From Candidatus Gastranaerophilales bacterium (lineage in GTDB: Bacteria; Cyanobacteriota; Vampirovibrionia; Gastranaerophilales; Gastranaerophilaceae): a stretch of DNA of 64,000 nucleotides. Positions 46,794-56,652 of this stretch are shown here, piece after piece. Made by a program: the position numbers and the translations under genes. The stretch's first letter is position 1, and the number at the start of each line of letters is the position of its first letter. The notes beneath the pieces were generated by a model that did not search any database, was not told the origin of the DNA, and saw only the letters and a list, made by a program, of their open reading frames with translations. The stretch lies in assembly GCA_944326675.1 (NCBI GenBank), contig CALVET010000040.1, forward strand, positions 10,552 to 74,551, read 5' to 3'.

Positions 46794-48575
46794 ATGATAG
46801 ATGATAAGTTTTTAGCTGAATATGAAAATCTTTTATATCAAACAGAACGCCCTTCAAGGTATATTGGAGATGAATTTGGTTCTTATGATAAAGATTTTAA
46901 TTCTGCTCAAGGTAAATTCCTTTTTGTTTTTCCTGATAAATATGAAATCGGGATAAGCAATTTTGGTCATAAAATAATTTACGATTTAATTAACAAAAGA
47001 AGTAATCTTTTGTGTGACAGGCTATATGCCCCTGATAAAGATTTTTTGGAGCTTTTGGAAAAAAATAATAAAGAAATTTATGCTCTTGAATCAAAAAGAA
47101 AACCAAAAGAATTTGACATAGTCGGTTTTGGGCTTCAATATGAAATGTGTTATACAACAGTTTTAAAATTGTTGGAAATGTCTGATATTCCGGTTTTTAA
47201 TGAAGATAGAAATAATTCTCATCCTATCATTATGGCGGGTGGTCCTTGCACATCAAATCCTAAACCTATGAGTAAATTTATTGATATTTTTATTATTGGA
47301 GATGGTGAAGATGTTGATATTGAGGTTTTAGAAAAATATATTCAATTAAAAAATAAAATGCCAAGAGATGAAATTATAAAAGAATTGGCTAAAATTGAAG
47401 GGGTTTATGCTCCATTATTAAACAACAAAACAAATAAAAGAATAGCTCAGCTAACTTATGAAAATCATCCGATAAATTCTCCAATTCCTCATTTTGCCTC
47501 TGTTCATGATAGGGCAATAATTGAGCTAAGGAGAGGATGCGGCAGATTGTGTCGTTTTTGTCAAGCTTCACATATTAATCTTCCTATAAGAGAAAGAAAA
47601 AAAGATGATATTGTTAAATTAGCAAAAGAATACGTTAAAAACACCGGTTATGATGAATATTCTTTATTATCTTTGTCATCCAATGACCATGGGAAAATTG
47701 AAGAAATTTTATCGGATTTAAGTTGTCATTTTAGAGGTACGGGAATTAATGTTTCTTTGCCTTCTCAAAGAGCTGACAGGTTTTCTTTGGAATTGGCAAA
47801 ATTGGCTCAAAGTGAAAAAAAAGCAACGGTTACAATTGCGCCTGAAGCAGGTACTCAGCGTATGCGCGATGTTATTAATAAAAACTTGTCACAAGAACAA
47901 ATAATAAATGCGACAATATCCTGTATTAAAAACGGATGGAATAAAATTAAATATTATTTTGTTATAGGTTTGCCTTTTGAAACTTATGACGACTTAAAAG
48001 GTATTGTTGATTTAATTGAGAGTGTCAATCTTGCATGCAGGGAAAATGGCTTAAAATATCCTCAAATTACTTGTTCAATTTCCGTTTTTGTGCCAAAGCC
48101 TCATACACCTTTTCAATGGGCTAGACAAAATACTATTTTGGAAATTCAAGATAAAATTAAATATTTAAGAGAGTTAAAAGATAAAATAAAAAATGTAAAA
48201 TTTAATTTTCATAACCCTAAAATGTCTCAATTAGAAGCGTTTTTTACAAGAGGTGATGAAAAATTATCTGATTTTATTTATGAATTATATAAAGCTGGTT
48301 CTTATTTAGATTCTTGGGATGAAAATCTTGATTTTGATTTATATCAAAAAATTGCCCAAAAATTAAACATCGATATTGAAAAAGAAGCATCAAAAGAGTT
48401 TTTAAGTGATGAAATTTTGCCTTGGGACAATATATTTTATGGTGTAAATAAATCTTGGCTTTTAGATGAATACAATAAAGCAAAAAATTCAACTGCTACA
48501 ATACCTTGTGAAGTCAAATGCAACAATTGCGGAGTGTGCTCTAATTTTAAAACTAAGAAGATTTTAGATAAATAA
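46794..48575 (+). CDS. B12-binding-domain-like / radical SAM protein (TIGR03960-like)
   Basis: RGCGRLCRFCQA is a CxxxCxxC motif. Has an N-terminal Rossmann-like region and a C-terminal Cys cluster CEVKCNNCGVC. 593 aa. Confidence 0.78.
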   Translation: MIDDKFLAEYENLLYQTERPSRYIGDEFGSYDKDFNSAQGKFLFVFPDKYEIGISNFGHKIIYDLINKRSNLLCDRLYAPDKDFLELLEKNNKEIYALESKRKPKEFDIVGFGLQYEMCYTTVLKLLEMSDIPVFNEDRNNSHPIIMAGGPCTSNPKPMSKFIDIFIIGDGEDVDIEVLEKYIQLKNKMPRDEIIKELAKIEGVYAPLLNNKTNKRIAQLTYENHPINSPIPHFASVHDRAIIELRRGCGRLCRFCQASHINLPIRERKKDDIVKLAKEYVKNTGYDEYSLLSLSSNDHGKIEEILSDLSCHFRGTGINVSLPSQRADRFSLELAKLAQSEKKATVTIAPEAGTQRMRDVINKNLSQEQIINATISCIKNGWNKIKYYFVIGLPFETYDDLKGIVDLIESVNLACRENGLKYPQITCSISVFVPKPHTPFQWARQNTILEIQDKIKYLRELKDKIKNVKFNFHNPKMSQLEAFFTRGDEKLSDFIYELYKAGSYLDSWDENLDFDLYQKIAQKLNIDIEKEASKEFLSDEILPWDNIFYGVNKSWLLDEYNKAKNSTATIPCEVKCNNCGVCSNFKTKKILDK

Positions 48576-48577
48576 AA

Positions 48578-49363
48578 TCATAATTTATGAAATATAGGTT
48601 TCATTTTATCAAAAGTTGCAAAATATTTATAGCCGATTGATTTTAAAAATTCTTGCATGTCTTTTATTTTGTAGCCCAGATATTTTGTGTTGTGCGAGTC
48701 TGAACCTATGGTTATTATTTCTCCGTTTAATTCTTTATAAAATTTCAGGATATCTTTTGAAGGCATTAAGTCTTTGAGTCCGTATCTGAATGATGATGTA
48801 TTAAGTTCTATGCCTTTTTGATTTTCAATTATATGGGTTAAGATTTTTTCAATGATTTCTTTTGATTTTTTAAAAGGATATTCCCCAAAATCATCATATC
48901 TTCTTATTAAATCCAGATGTCCCAAAACACTGTATTTATTATAAACATTAATTGTATTATATATTTCTTCATAATATCTTTGATTATATTGAGCTTGAGT
49001 TTTGCCGTGTTGAAAACTTCTGTCCCATAAATCTTTGTCTTCGACAAGGTGAAACGACATTATAATAAAATCAAAAGGGTATTTATTAAATATATTTTCA
49101 AAATAGTCTTTATGATGTGCTTGCATGCCAAATTCCATGCCTTGTTTGATTGATATTTTATTAGCGTATTTTTCTTTTAATCTTTTTATTTCTTTAAAGT
49201 AATTTTCATAGTCGCAAATGACACACCCATTGTTGCCTACGTCAGTGTGATCGGTTATACATATTTCATCAAGATTAATTTTAATTGCTTGTTTGATATA
49301 GTCTTCCATTGGCGTATTGGAATCGCAGCTAAAGTTTGAATGAATATGGTAATCTGCAAACAT
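48578..49363 (-). CDS. HisJ-family PHP histidinol-phosphatase-like protein
   Basis: MFADYHIHSNFSCDS, ICITDH, GHLD and GSDSH blocks. Begins 2 nt downstream of the receiver gene. Confidence 0.8.
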   Translation of the reverse strand: MFADYHIHSNFSCDSNTPMEDYIKQAIKINLDEICITDHTDVGNNGCVICDYENYFKEIKRLKEKYANKISIKQGMEFGMQAHHKDYFENIFNKYPFDFIIMSFHLVEDKDLWDRSFQHGKTQAQYNQRYYEEIYNTINVYNKYSVLGHLDLIRRYDDFGEYPFKKSKEIIEKILTHIIENQKGIELNTSSFRYGLKDLMPSKDILKFYKELNGEIITIGSDSHNTKYLGYKIKDMQEFLKSIGYKYFATFDKMKPIFHKL

Positions 49364-49365
49364 TG

Positions 49366-49731
49366 TTATTCACCAATTTTTTGTTTTACTGTTTTAATAA
49401 AATTATTTATGTCTATAGGTTTTGTCAGATAATCATTTATATTATGCTGTTTTGCTTTTTGTTTATCTGAATCCATAGCGCATGCACTAACTATAATTAT
49501 AGGCGGAAGTTTAATATTTTCTTTTTTTAATTTTTCAATAAGACTGAAGCCGTCAAGTTTTGGCAGTTGTAAATCTAAAATTATTAAATCATAATTATTT
49601 TCTTTGATTTTTTGATATGCTTCATGCCCGTCAAAAGACTTTTCTGCGTCATACTTTTGATATGTTAGGATATCAAAAAACAGTTTCATATTTAATTCGT
49701 TATCTTCAACTATTAAAATTTTTTTTGTCAT
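49366..49731 (-). CDS. Stand-alone receiver (CheY-like) response regulator
   Basis: ILIVEDNELN, DLIILDLQLPKLDG and YLTKP blocks. No output domain. 121 aa. Confidence 0.9.
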   Translation of the reverse strand: MTKKILIVEDNELNMKLFFDILTYQKYDAEKSFDGHEAYQKIKENNYDLIILDLQLPKLDGFSLIEKLKKENIKLPPIIIVSACAMDSDKQKAKQHNINDYLTKPIDINNFIKTVKQKIGE

Positions 49732-50963
49732 AAAATAATATTTCTGAATTCTATTGTAAAAGTTGTGCCTTTGTTTAGTTCGCTTGAAAGTGAAATTTTT
49801 CCTTTGTGCAGCTTAACCAGTTCTTTTGTGATAGTTAAACCAAGACCCGTTGAATTTTGATTTTTGGTGTAGACATTATCCAAATGAACAAATTTTTTAA
49901 ATATTTTATTGTGGAATTTTTTATCTATTCCTATGCCGTTATCTTTTATTTTTAGTGTATAGTTTTTATTTTCTTTGGATTGAATGATTTCGATTTTTCC
50001 GTTTTCTTTCGTAAATTTAATTGCATTAGATAAAAGATTATATAAAATTTGTTGAAATTTTTGATAATCTGCTTTTATTTTACATTCAAAATCGGAATTG
50101 AATATTATTTCTATATTTTTATTTTTATATAACGGTTCCAGAATATTTATTACTTCTTGGATGGTTTGTGTGGGATTTAACTCGATGGGGCTGAATTTCA
50201 TAGCATGAGCTTCAAGCTTTGAAATATCCAAAATTTCATTTATCATGCCTAAAAGATGAAGGCTTGAAATTTGAATGTCTTTAATGTATTCCGCTTGTTT
50301 AGGGTTTAAATCGCCGAAAATTTTGCTGTCTAAGGCTTGAGAAAAACCAATAATAGCATTAAGCGGAGTTCTTAATTCATGGGAAATATTTGCAAGAAAT
50401 AAGCTTTTTGTTTTATCCAGTTCTTGAAGTTTTTTGTGTTGCTTTTTGATTATCTCATAGGCTTCTTGCTTTTCTGCCATTGCTTCTTGTATTGCTTTTA
50501 ATTGTATTTTGAAAACTTCATTTAATTCATAGTCTTTGATTTTATAGCTGATAATCTGAGATAGAGCCAAAAAAGAAGTTTTAATTTCCTGTGTAATTTT
50601 TTCATTGGTGCTTAGAATAATAACACCATACACGGATTTTTTGATTGCCAGTTTTGCTATGAGTGTATTTGAGTATAGAAAATTATCTTCTTGTGTTTTT
50701 ATTTCTTGTAATTTGTCTTTTGATTCTATAAAGTCATATATAAACTCAGGGTTTATTTTATAATTAGAAACATCATTTTTTTGTTTTAGCGCAGCTTTTG
50801 TTGTCAAACTTGAATTTTCACAAAAGAAAATTCCTAAAGATGTATTTACATATAAAGATGACATTATTTCTAACACCGAGCGGTAAAAATCCAGATTTTT
50901 AACTTTGGTATCATTAATAATGTCGTCAATTAAATTTAAACTTTCAGATAGTATCTTTTCCAT
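49728..50963 (-). CDS. Cytoplasmic sensor histidine kinase (GAF-like N-domain, HisKA, HATPase_c)
   Basis: FLANISHELRTPLNAIIGF H-box, NLLSNAIKFT N-box and STGLGLTITKELV G-box. No TM helix is evident. Confidence 0.88.
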   Translation of the reverse strand: MEKILSESLNLIDDIINDTKVKNLDFYRSVLEIMSSLYVNTSLGIFFCENSSLTTKAALKQKNDVSNYKINPEFIYDFIESKDKLQEIKTQEDNFLYSNTLIAKLAIKKSVYGVIILSTNEKITQEIKTSFLALSQIISYKIKDYELNEVFKIQLKAIQEAMAEKQEAYEIIKKQHKKLQELDKTKSLFLANISHELRTPLNAIIGFSQALDSKIFGDLNPKQAEYIKDIQISSLHLLGMINEILDISKLEAHAMKFSPIELNPTQTIQEVINILEPLYKNKNIEIIFNSDFECKIKADYQKFQQILYNLLSNAIKFTKENGKIEIIQSKENKNYTLKIKDNGIGIDKKFHNKIFKKFVHLDNVYTKNQNSTGLGLTITKELVKLHKGKISLSSELNKGTTFTIEFRNIIL

Positions 50964-51013
50964 ACTTTAATTATAAGATATGTTTACTTTTTTTGTAAAA
51001 AAGTTAATATATT

Positions 51014-51505
51014 TTATAATTTGAAAATATATCCGCCTTTAGCAGCGTTTTCCAATACGTTTTGTGAAATTTTGGTTCTAAGATTCTTGATGTATTTATA
51101 TACGTAATCACAAGGTAAACCCAAAACAGCTGCCAAATCTCTTGCGTAAACTATTTCGCCTTTATTTTGAATAAAGTGATTTAAAACGGTATCTTCTCTT
51201 TGTGTTAAAGGTTTTTTATATGTAAGCTTTGATTTTATTTCTTTAATTGCGCTTGATTGAGATTCTGATAAGATTTTATGTTGAACTTCTTGTGATTTTT
51301 CAGCCAATTTTAGAACTTGGTTTGAAGATTTTTCTCTTGATGTGTATAGTCTTTTTTCGTTTTGTATAACAATATCTATAATATCATTTGTTTGTTTATC
51401 TTCTTCCAGAACCTTGCCAAGCTTTTTGGCGTATTCTTCCAGAGTTATTTTTTCTAAAGAACTCCTCCATTGTTTGATTTCTTCTTTGGTTAGATATTGG
51501 CTCAT
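51014..51505 (-). CDS. Receiver-less protein with a C-terminal OmpR/PhoB-type winged-helix-like domain
   Basis: LTQREDTVLNHFIQNKGEIVYARDLAAVLGLPCDYVYKYIKNLRTKISQNVLENAAKGGYIFKL follows the LTxxE...V/RxxL...N..V.I..LR.KI...GY pattern. The N-terminal 95 aa is helical and is not a REC domain. Confidence 0.55.
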   Translation of the reverse strand: MSQYLTKEEIKQWRSSLEKITLEEYAKKLGKVLEEDKQTNDIIDIVIQNEKRLYTSREKSSNQVLKLAEKSQEVQHKILSESQSSAIKEIKSKLTYKKPLTQREDTVLNHFIQNKGEIVYARDLAAVLGLPCDYVYKYIKNLRTKISQNVLENAAKGGYIFKL

Positions 51506-51689
51506 TTATTCCCCCATAAAATGATAATCAATCTCGTTTGTTATATATGTTATATCATAATGCATAGCTGAAATCAGCAAATATTGCATAACGTAAATTT
51601 TTTTTAAAATAGTTAATATTACGCTTTTTTCACTTGACAAGCTTATTTTATGTTTTAGCGCATATTTTCAACGTTTGTTAAGTTATAAC

Positions 51690-51724
51690 AAAAAAAGCAG
51701 GTGAAATTTATCACCTGCTTTTTG
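51690..51724. terminator. Bidirectional intrinsic terminator downstream of fba
   Basis: AGCAGGTGA-aattta-TCACCTGCT stem flanked by an A run and a T run. Confidence 0.85.
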
Positions 51725-51742
51725 ACTGTTATGTTTTTAATA

Positions 51743-52702
51743 TTAGTCTTTAGCGTGTCCTGCTGTTCCTAATACATCTCTCATTTTGTGCATAACCATT
51801 TCTTTAACAGCTGTTCTACCAGGACCCATGTATTCTCTTGGGTCAAATTTTTCAGGATGTTCAATGAAGAATTCTCTGATTGTAGAAGTCATTGCTAATC
51901 TTAAGTCTGTATCAATGTTAATTTTAGCAACGCCGTGTTGAGATGCATATTTTAGCATTTCTTCAGGAACACCTTGTGCATCAGGCAAGTTGCCGCCGAA
52001 TTTATTACATTTTTCAACAAATTCTTTAGGTACTGAAGATGAACCGTGAAGAACAATCGGATAATCGCCGAATCCTGCTTCTTTAAGTGCATCTTTGATT
52101 TCTTTTAATCTTTCGAAGTCAAGTTTTGCTTCGCCTTTGAATTTGTATGCACCATGGCTTGTTCCGATAGCGATAGCTAATGAATCACAGCCTGTTTGTT
52201 TAACAAATTCAACTGCTTCTTTAACGTTTGTATATTTAGCGTCTTTTTCGCTAACATTAACATCGTCTTCAACGCCTGCTAATTTACCAAGTTCAGCTTC
52301 AACTGAAACTCCTCTTTCATGAGCGTATTCTACAACTTTTTTAGTTAGTGCAACGTTTTCTTCAAATGGGAAACGAGAACCGTCAATCATAACTGAAGAG
52401 AAACCGCCGTCTATACAAGCTTTACAAATTTCAAAATCAGCACCGTGATCAAGGTGAAGTGCGATAGGTACTGTAGTTGTAGCTAATGCTGCTTCAACTA
52501 ATTTGATTAAATATGTTTGATTTGCATATTTTCTTGCGCCTGCTGAAACTTGAAGAATAATCGGAGATTGAGTTTCTTCAGCAGCTTCTGCAATACCTTG
52601 CAAAATTTCCATGTTGTTAACATTGTAAGCACCGATAGCATAACCGCCGGCAAGTGCTTTTTTGAACATTTCATTTGTTCCTACTAGTTTTCTTTCTGCC
52701 AT
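51743..52702 (-). CDS. fba: Class II fructose-bisphosphate aldolase
   Basis: IALHLDHG, LHGSSSVP and DTDLRLA blocks. 319 aa. Confidence 0.95.
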   Translation of the reverse strand: MAERKLVGTNEMFKKALAGGYAIGAYNVNNMEILQGIAEAAEETQSPIILQVSAGARKYANQTYLIKLVEAALATTTVPIALHLDHGADFEICKACIDGGFSSVMIDGSRFPFEENVALTKKVVEYAHERGVSVEAELGKLAGVEDDVNVSEKDAKYTNVKEAVEFVKQTGCDSLAIAIGTSHGAYKFKGEAKLDFERLKEIKDALKEAGFGDYPIVLHGSSSVPKEFVEKCNKFGGNLPDAQGVPEEMLKYASQHGVAKINIDTDLRLAMTSTIREFFIEHPEKFDPREYMGPGRTAVKEMVMHKMRDVLGTAGHAKD

Positions 52703-52808
52703 AAGTTTTTATCCTTTAAATAAAATACCTCTACATGATTTAATTTATATCAAAAACAATTTTTCTACAAGAAAATTTATTGTATGATATTATTTATTTG
52801 AGGTGAAT

Positions 52809-53246
52809 ATGAATAGAATTAAGTTAGCAATTGCATCTGATCACGGCGGATATATTCTCAAGAATAATATATATAAGAATTTATTAATTAAAGGTTATGA
52901 TGTTACTGATTTTGGTATAAATTCAGTAGAATCTTGCGATTATCCTGTTTATGCAAAAAAAGTTTGTGAAGCAATTTTAAATAATGAATTCCATTACGGA
53001 ATATTAATTTGCGGCACCGGATTGGGTATGCAGATGTGTGCAAACAGATTTAAAGGGATTAGAGCTGCTTGTGTATCTGATACGTACAGTGCCAAAATGT
53101 CCAGATTGCACAATAATTCAAATGTATTAACCATGGGAGCAAGGGTAATTGGTGAAGGTTTAGCTTACGATATTGTTGACGTATGGCTCAATACAAATTA
53201 TGAGGGCGGAAGACACGAAAGAAGAATTAAAATGCTTGATGAATAA
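52809..53246 (+). CDS. rpiB: Ribose-5-phosphate isomerase B
   Basis: IASDHGG and CGTGLGMQMCANRFKGIRAA blocks. ATG 52809 follows a GAGGTG RBS. The ORF-track GTG 52803 lies inside that RBS. Confidence 0.9.
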   Translation: MNRIKLAIASDHGGYILKNNIYKNLLIKGYDVTDFGINSVESCDYPVYAKKVCEAILNNEFHYGILICGTGLGMQMCANRFKGIRAACVSDTYSAKMSRLHNNSNVLTMGARVIGEGLAYDIVDVWLNTNYEGGRHERRIKMLDE

Positions 53247-53308
53247 TATTTTTCATTGTAGAATTTTGAAGTGGATAAATTAATATAACTTTTTATAAGG
53301 AAGTTTAC

Positions 53309-55765
53309 ATGTTCGAAAGATTTACGGAAAAGGCAATTAGGGTTATTATGCTTGCGCAGGAAGAATCTCGCAGGTTAGGTCATAATTTTGTCGGCACTGA
53401 ACAGCTTTTGTTGGGTCTTATAGCTGAAGGCACCGGCATTGCTTCAAAAACACTTAAATCCATGGGTGTTAACATAAAGGAAGCAAGAGAGGAAGTTGAA
53501 AAAATAATAGGCAGAGGCTGTGGTTTTGTCGCTGTTGAAATTCCGTTCACGCCAAGGGCAAAAAAGGTTTTAGAATTATCTTGGGATGAAGCAAGACAAT
53601 TAGGACACAATTATATCGGCACAGAGCACCTTTTATTGGGTTTAATTCGAGAAGGTGAAGGTGTTGCAGCAAAAGTATTAGAAAACCTTGGAGTAGATTT
53701 AAATAAATGTCGTTCTAACGTTATTAAAATGCTTGGTGAAACTAAAACAACATCATCTTCATCAGGTTCAACTCTTGCTGCTGCAGGTGTTTCTCAAAAA
53801 AGTGCAAAAACTCCTTCATTGGATGAATTTGGAACGGATTTAACTCTTGCTGCTCAAGAGCAAAGACTTGACCCTGTTGTAGGAAGAGAAAAAGAAATTG
53901 AACGTGTAATACAGATTTTAGCAAGAAGAACTAAAAATAATCCTGTTTTGATTGGTGAACCGGGTGTCGGAAAAACGGCAATTGCTCAAGGTTTAGCTCA
54001 AAGAATTGTGGATTGCGAAGTTCCTGACATCTTAGAAAATAAAAAAATAATTCAGCTTGATATGGGACTTTTGATTGCAGGCACAAAATATAGAGGTGAA
54101 TTTGAAGAACGCCTTAAAAAGATTATGGATGAAATCAGACAAGCAGGAAATATTATTCTTGTGATTGATGAAATGCATACTTTAATCGGTGCAGGTGCTG
54201 CAGAAGGTGCAATTGATGCTGCTAATATTTTAAAACCGGCATTATCACGCGGCGAAATTCAAGTTATCGGTGCAACAACACTTGATGAATATAGAAAATA
54301 TATTGAAAAAGATTCAGCGCTTGAAAGACGTTTTCAAACAGTAATTGTTGATCAGCCTTCTATTGAAGAAACTATTGAAATCATTAAAGGTTTAAAACCA
54401 AAATACGAAGAACATCATAAATTAATAATTTCTGATGAAGCAATTGTGGCTGCAACGGAGCTATCTTCTAAATTTATTACCGAAAGATTTTTACCCGATA
54501 AAGCCATAGATATTATTGATGAAGCAGCTTCAAAAGTTCGCTTGAATGTTTCAACGCTTCCTCCTGAAGGTAAGGAATTGGAAAAAGAACTAAAAGCAAT
54601 AATTAAAGAAAAAGAAGACGCTATAAGAAATCAAGAGTTCGAAAGAGCTTCCGATTTAAGAGATGATGAAGCTAATTTGAAAGAAAAAATCCATGAAATT
54701 TCTGAAAAATGGAGAGAAACTCAAGATGAAAACAAGCCGACGGTTGGCGTTGAAGAAGTTGCACAAGTTGTTTCAACTATAACAGGTATTCCTGTTACTA
54801 AGATTACTGAGGCTGAATCTGAAAAGTTGTTAAAACTCGAAGAAACGCTGCATAATCGTGTAATCGGTCAATCAGATGCGGTTGTATCTTTGGCTAAATC
54901 TATAAGACGTGCCCGTGTTGGTCTAAAATCTCCAAATAGACCTATAGGAAGCTTTATCTTCTGTGGTCCTACAGGTGTCGGTAAAACCGAATTAGCAAAA
55001 GCTTTAGCTGAAGCTGTGTTTGGTTCTGAAGACAACATGGTTAGAATTGATATGTCTGAATTTATGGAAAAACATGCAACATCAAAATTAATCGGTTCTC
55101 CTCCGGGGTATGTCGGTTATGATGATGGCGGCAATATGTGTGAAATAATCAGAAAGAAACCATATAGCGTTGTTCTTTTTGATGAAATTGAAAAAGCACA
55201 CCCGGATGTATTCAATATCATGTTGCAAATTTTAGATGATGGTCGTTTGACTGATTCAAAAGGTCGCCACATTAACTTTAAAAATACTATTATTATCATG
55301 ACTTCAAATGTCGGAGCCAGCATGATAACAAATACTCAAAAACTCGGCTTCTCTGTTTCCGGTGATGATAAAAAAGATAAATATGAAAAACTTAAAGAAA
55401 CAGTACATGAGGAGTTGAAAAAGGCGTTTAGACCTGAATTTTTAAACAGGGTTGATGATATAATTGTCTTTGCTCATTTAAGCCAAGAAGAAATAAGACA
55501 AATCGTTGATTTAATGTTGAAAGATTTATTTAAACGCTTGTCTGAAAGAGATTTATCTATTGAAGTTACTGATGCTGCAAAAGATTATTTGGCAAAAGAA
55601 GGATATTCTGAAGCATACGGTGCTCGTCCTTTAAGACGTGTTATTCAAAAGAAAGTTGAAGATGTTCTTGCCGAAGAAATTTTAAGCGGAAATTATCCTG
55701 CAGGCACAAAACTTCTAATGGATTATCGTGATGATAAGATAGTTTTTGAAAAGAAAGAAGATTAG
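53309..55765 (+). CDS. clpC: ATP-dependent Clp protease ATP-binding subunit ClpC
   Basis: Double Clp_N repeat, two AAA+ modules (GEPGVGKT and GPTGVGKT) and a UVR-like linker ([12 protein letters not shown]). 818 aa. Confidence 0.96.
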   Translation: MFERFTEKAIRVIMLAQEESRRLGHNFVGTEQLLLGLIAEGTGIASKTLKSMGVNIKEAREEVEKIIGRGCGFVAVEIPFTPRAKKVLELSWDEARQLGHNYIGTEHLLLGLIREGEGVAAKVLENLGVDLNKCRSNVIKMLGETKTTSSSSGSTLAAAGVSQKSAKTPSLDEFGTDLTLAAQEQRLDPVVGREKEIERVIQILARRTKNNPVLIGEPGVGKTAIAQGLAQRIVDCEVPDILENKKIIQLDMGLLIAGTKYRGEFEERLKKIMDEIRQAGNIILVIDEMHTLIGAGAAEGAIDAANILKPALSRGEIQVIGATTLDEYRKYIEKDSALERRFQTVIVDQPSIEETIEIIKGLKPKYEEHHKLIISDEAIVAATELSSKFITERFLPDKAIDIIDEAASKVRLNVSTLPPEGKELEKELKAIIKEKEDAIRNQEFERASDLRDDEANLKEKIHEISEKWRETQDENKPTVGVEEVAQVVSTITGIPVTKITEAESEKLLKLEETLHNRVIGQSDAVVSLAKSIRRARVGLKSPNRPIGSFIFCGPTGVGKTELAKALAEAVFGSEDNMVRIDMSEFMEKHATSKLIGSPPGYVGYDDGGNMCEIIRKKPYSVVLFDEIEKAHPDVFNIMLQILDDGRLTDSKGRHINFKNTIIIMTSNVGASMITNTQKLGFSVSGDDKKDKYEKLKETVHEELKKAFRPEFLNRVDDIIVFAHLSQEEIRQIVDLMLKDLFKRLSERDLSIEVTDAAKDYLAKEGYSEAYGARPLRRVIQKKVEDVLAEEILSGNYPAGTKLLMDYRDDKIVFEKKED

Positions 55766-55791
55766 TTTTTAATTAATTATAAATCAACTTT

Positions 55792-55817
55792 AAAACACCT
55801 CCTTAGTGAGGTGTTTT
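55792..55817 (+). terminator. Intrinsic terminator of clpC
   Basis: AAAACACCTC-cttagt-GAGGTGTTTT. Confidence 0.85.
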
Positions 55818-55836
55818 AATTTATTAAGAAATGTAA
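55814..55836 (+). repeat. Left copy of a 23-bp direct repeat (TTTTAATTTATTAAGAAATGTAA)
   Basis: Matches 56265-56287 at 21 of 23 positions. Confidence 0.7.
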
Positions 55837-55884
55837 CAAATAAAATAAAATAAGCAATTATTATACCCGTATATATTTTATATA

Positions 55885-56006
55885 TATGTAAGACATAAAT
55901 AACCCCTAAAAAAGTTTAAACACACTAATCACACACTAACCTTTCATCACGAGAATCAAGAAAAACAAGATTTTCAACCCTCTTAATTATTAAGAGGGTT
56001 TTTGTT
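55885..56006 (+). ncRNA. Candidate small RNA ending at an orphan intrinsic terminator
   Basis: 11-bp stem AACCCTCTTAA-tta-TTAAGAGGGTT (55976-56000) plus TTTGTT, with no upstream ORF. The preceding segment is CA/C-rich (AACCCCT, CACACTAATCACACACTAACC). The 5' end is a guess. Confidence 0.3.
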
Positions 56007-56264
56007 ATGTTAGTAATTAGTGAATTGGATGTATTTATGATTTGTCTAATTATGATAAATTAAATTATATTTATTTCAATTTTAAAACTGGCAATGCATT
56101 TTGTTTATTTGTATTTTAGGAAAATAATATATAAAATAAATTTTTATAAAATATGTAAATTATTTTTATATAAAACATGTAAATTTATTTTATTTATGTT
56201 AATGTGATTATATAGTTTTTATATTACAAATTTAGAAGTTAATCTCTTTATAAAGTGATTGACA

Positions 56265-56287
56265 TTTTGATTTGTTAAGAAATGTAA
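56265..56287 (+). repeat. Right copy of the 23-bp direct repeat (TTTTGATTTGTTAAGAAATGTAA)
   Basis: Matches 55814-55836 at 21 of 23 positions. Immediately preceded by TTGACA (56259-56264). Confidence 0.7.
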
Positions 56288-56457
56288 AGATTGCATAAAT
56301 TTTTTTATCCATTACATTATTGATAAGCGAACTTTTTTTATTAACAATTCCGTAAATAAGCAATATTCTGTATTTATAAATAATATATATCTAATAAGTC
56401 GTTGAATTTATTTATTATAATCTTGTGCTATATTATAAAAATAGCAAAGGGAATATC

Positions 56458-56652
56458 ATGAAAAAAAGACAAAAAATTACAATTTCTTATGAAGGATCAG
56501 ATTATAGTGTTGAAGTGATGAAGTTGTTAAAAGTAATCTCTTATCTTAAAGATGAGAGTATAAAAGACGCTTCAGAAGAAAATATTGCAAAGCTTCTTGA
56601 GGAGCTTCAACTTTATGATGAGGTATTTTTAAGGAATATCAATAAAGCCTAA
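56458..56652 (+). CDS. Small hypothetical protein (64 aa)
   Basis: ATG 56458 follows an AAAGGGAA RBS. Convergent 4-nt overlap with the pyrG stop. Confidence 0.45.
   Translation: MKKRQKITISYEGSDYSVEVMKLLKVISYLKDESIKDASEENIAKLLEELQLYDEVFLRNINKA

Noticed and set aside
56150-56190. The heptamer ATGTAAA (reverse TTTACAT), recurring in many intergenic regions (31524, 37069, 56153, 56177, 56282, 61812 and others), as a novel motif in its own right.
   Set aside because: At this base composition a 7-mer like this is expected dozens of times per window, and TTTACA is a plausible -35 hexamer. Only the 10-bp-phased pairs and the longer 11-23-bp repeats were kept as findings.
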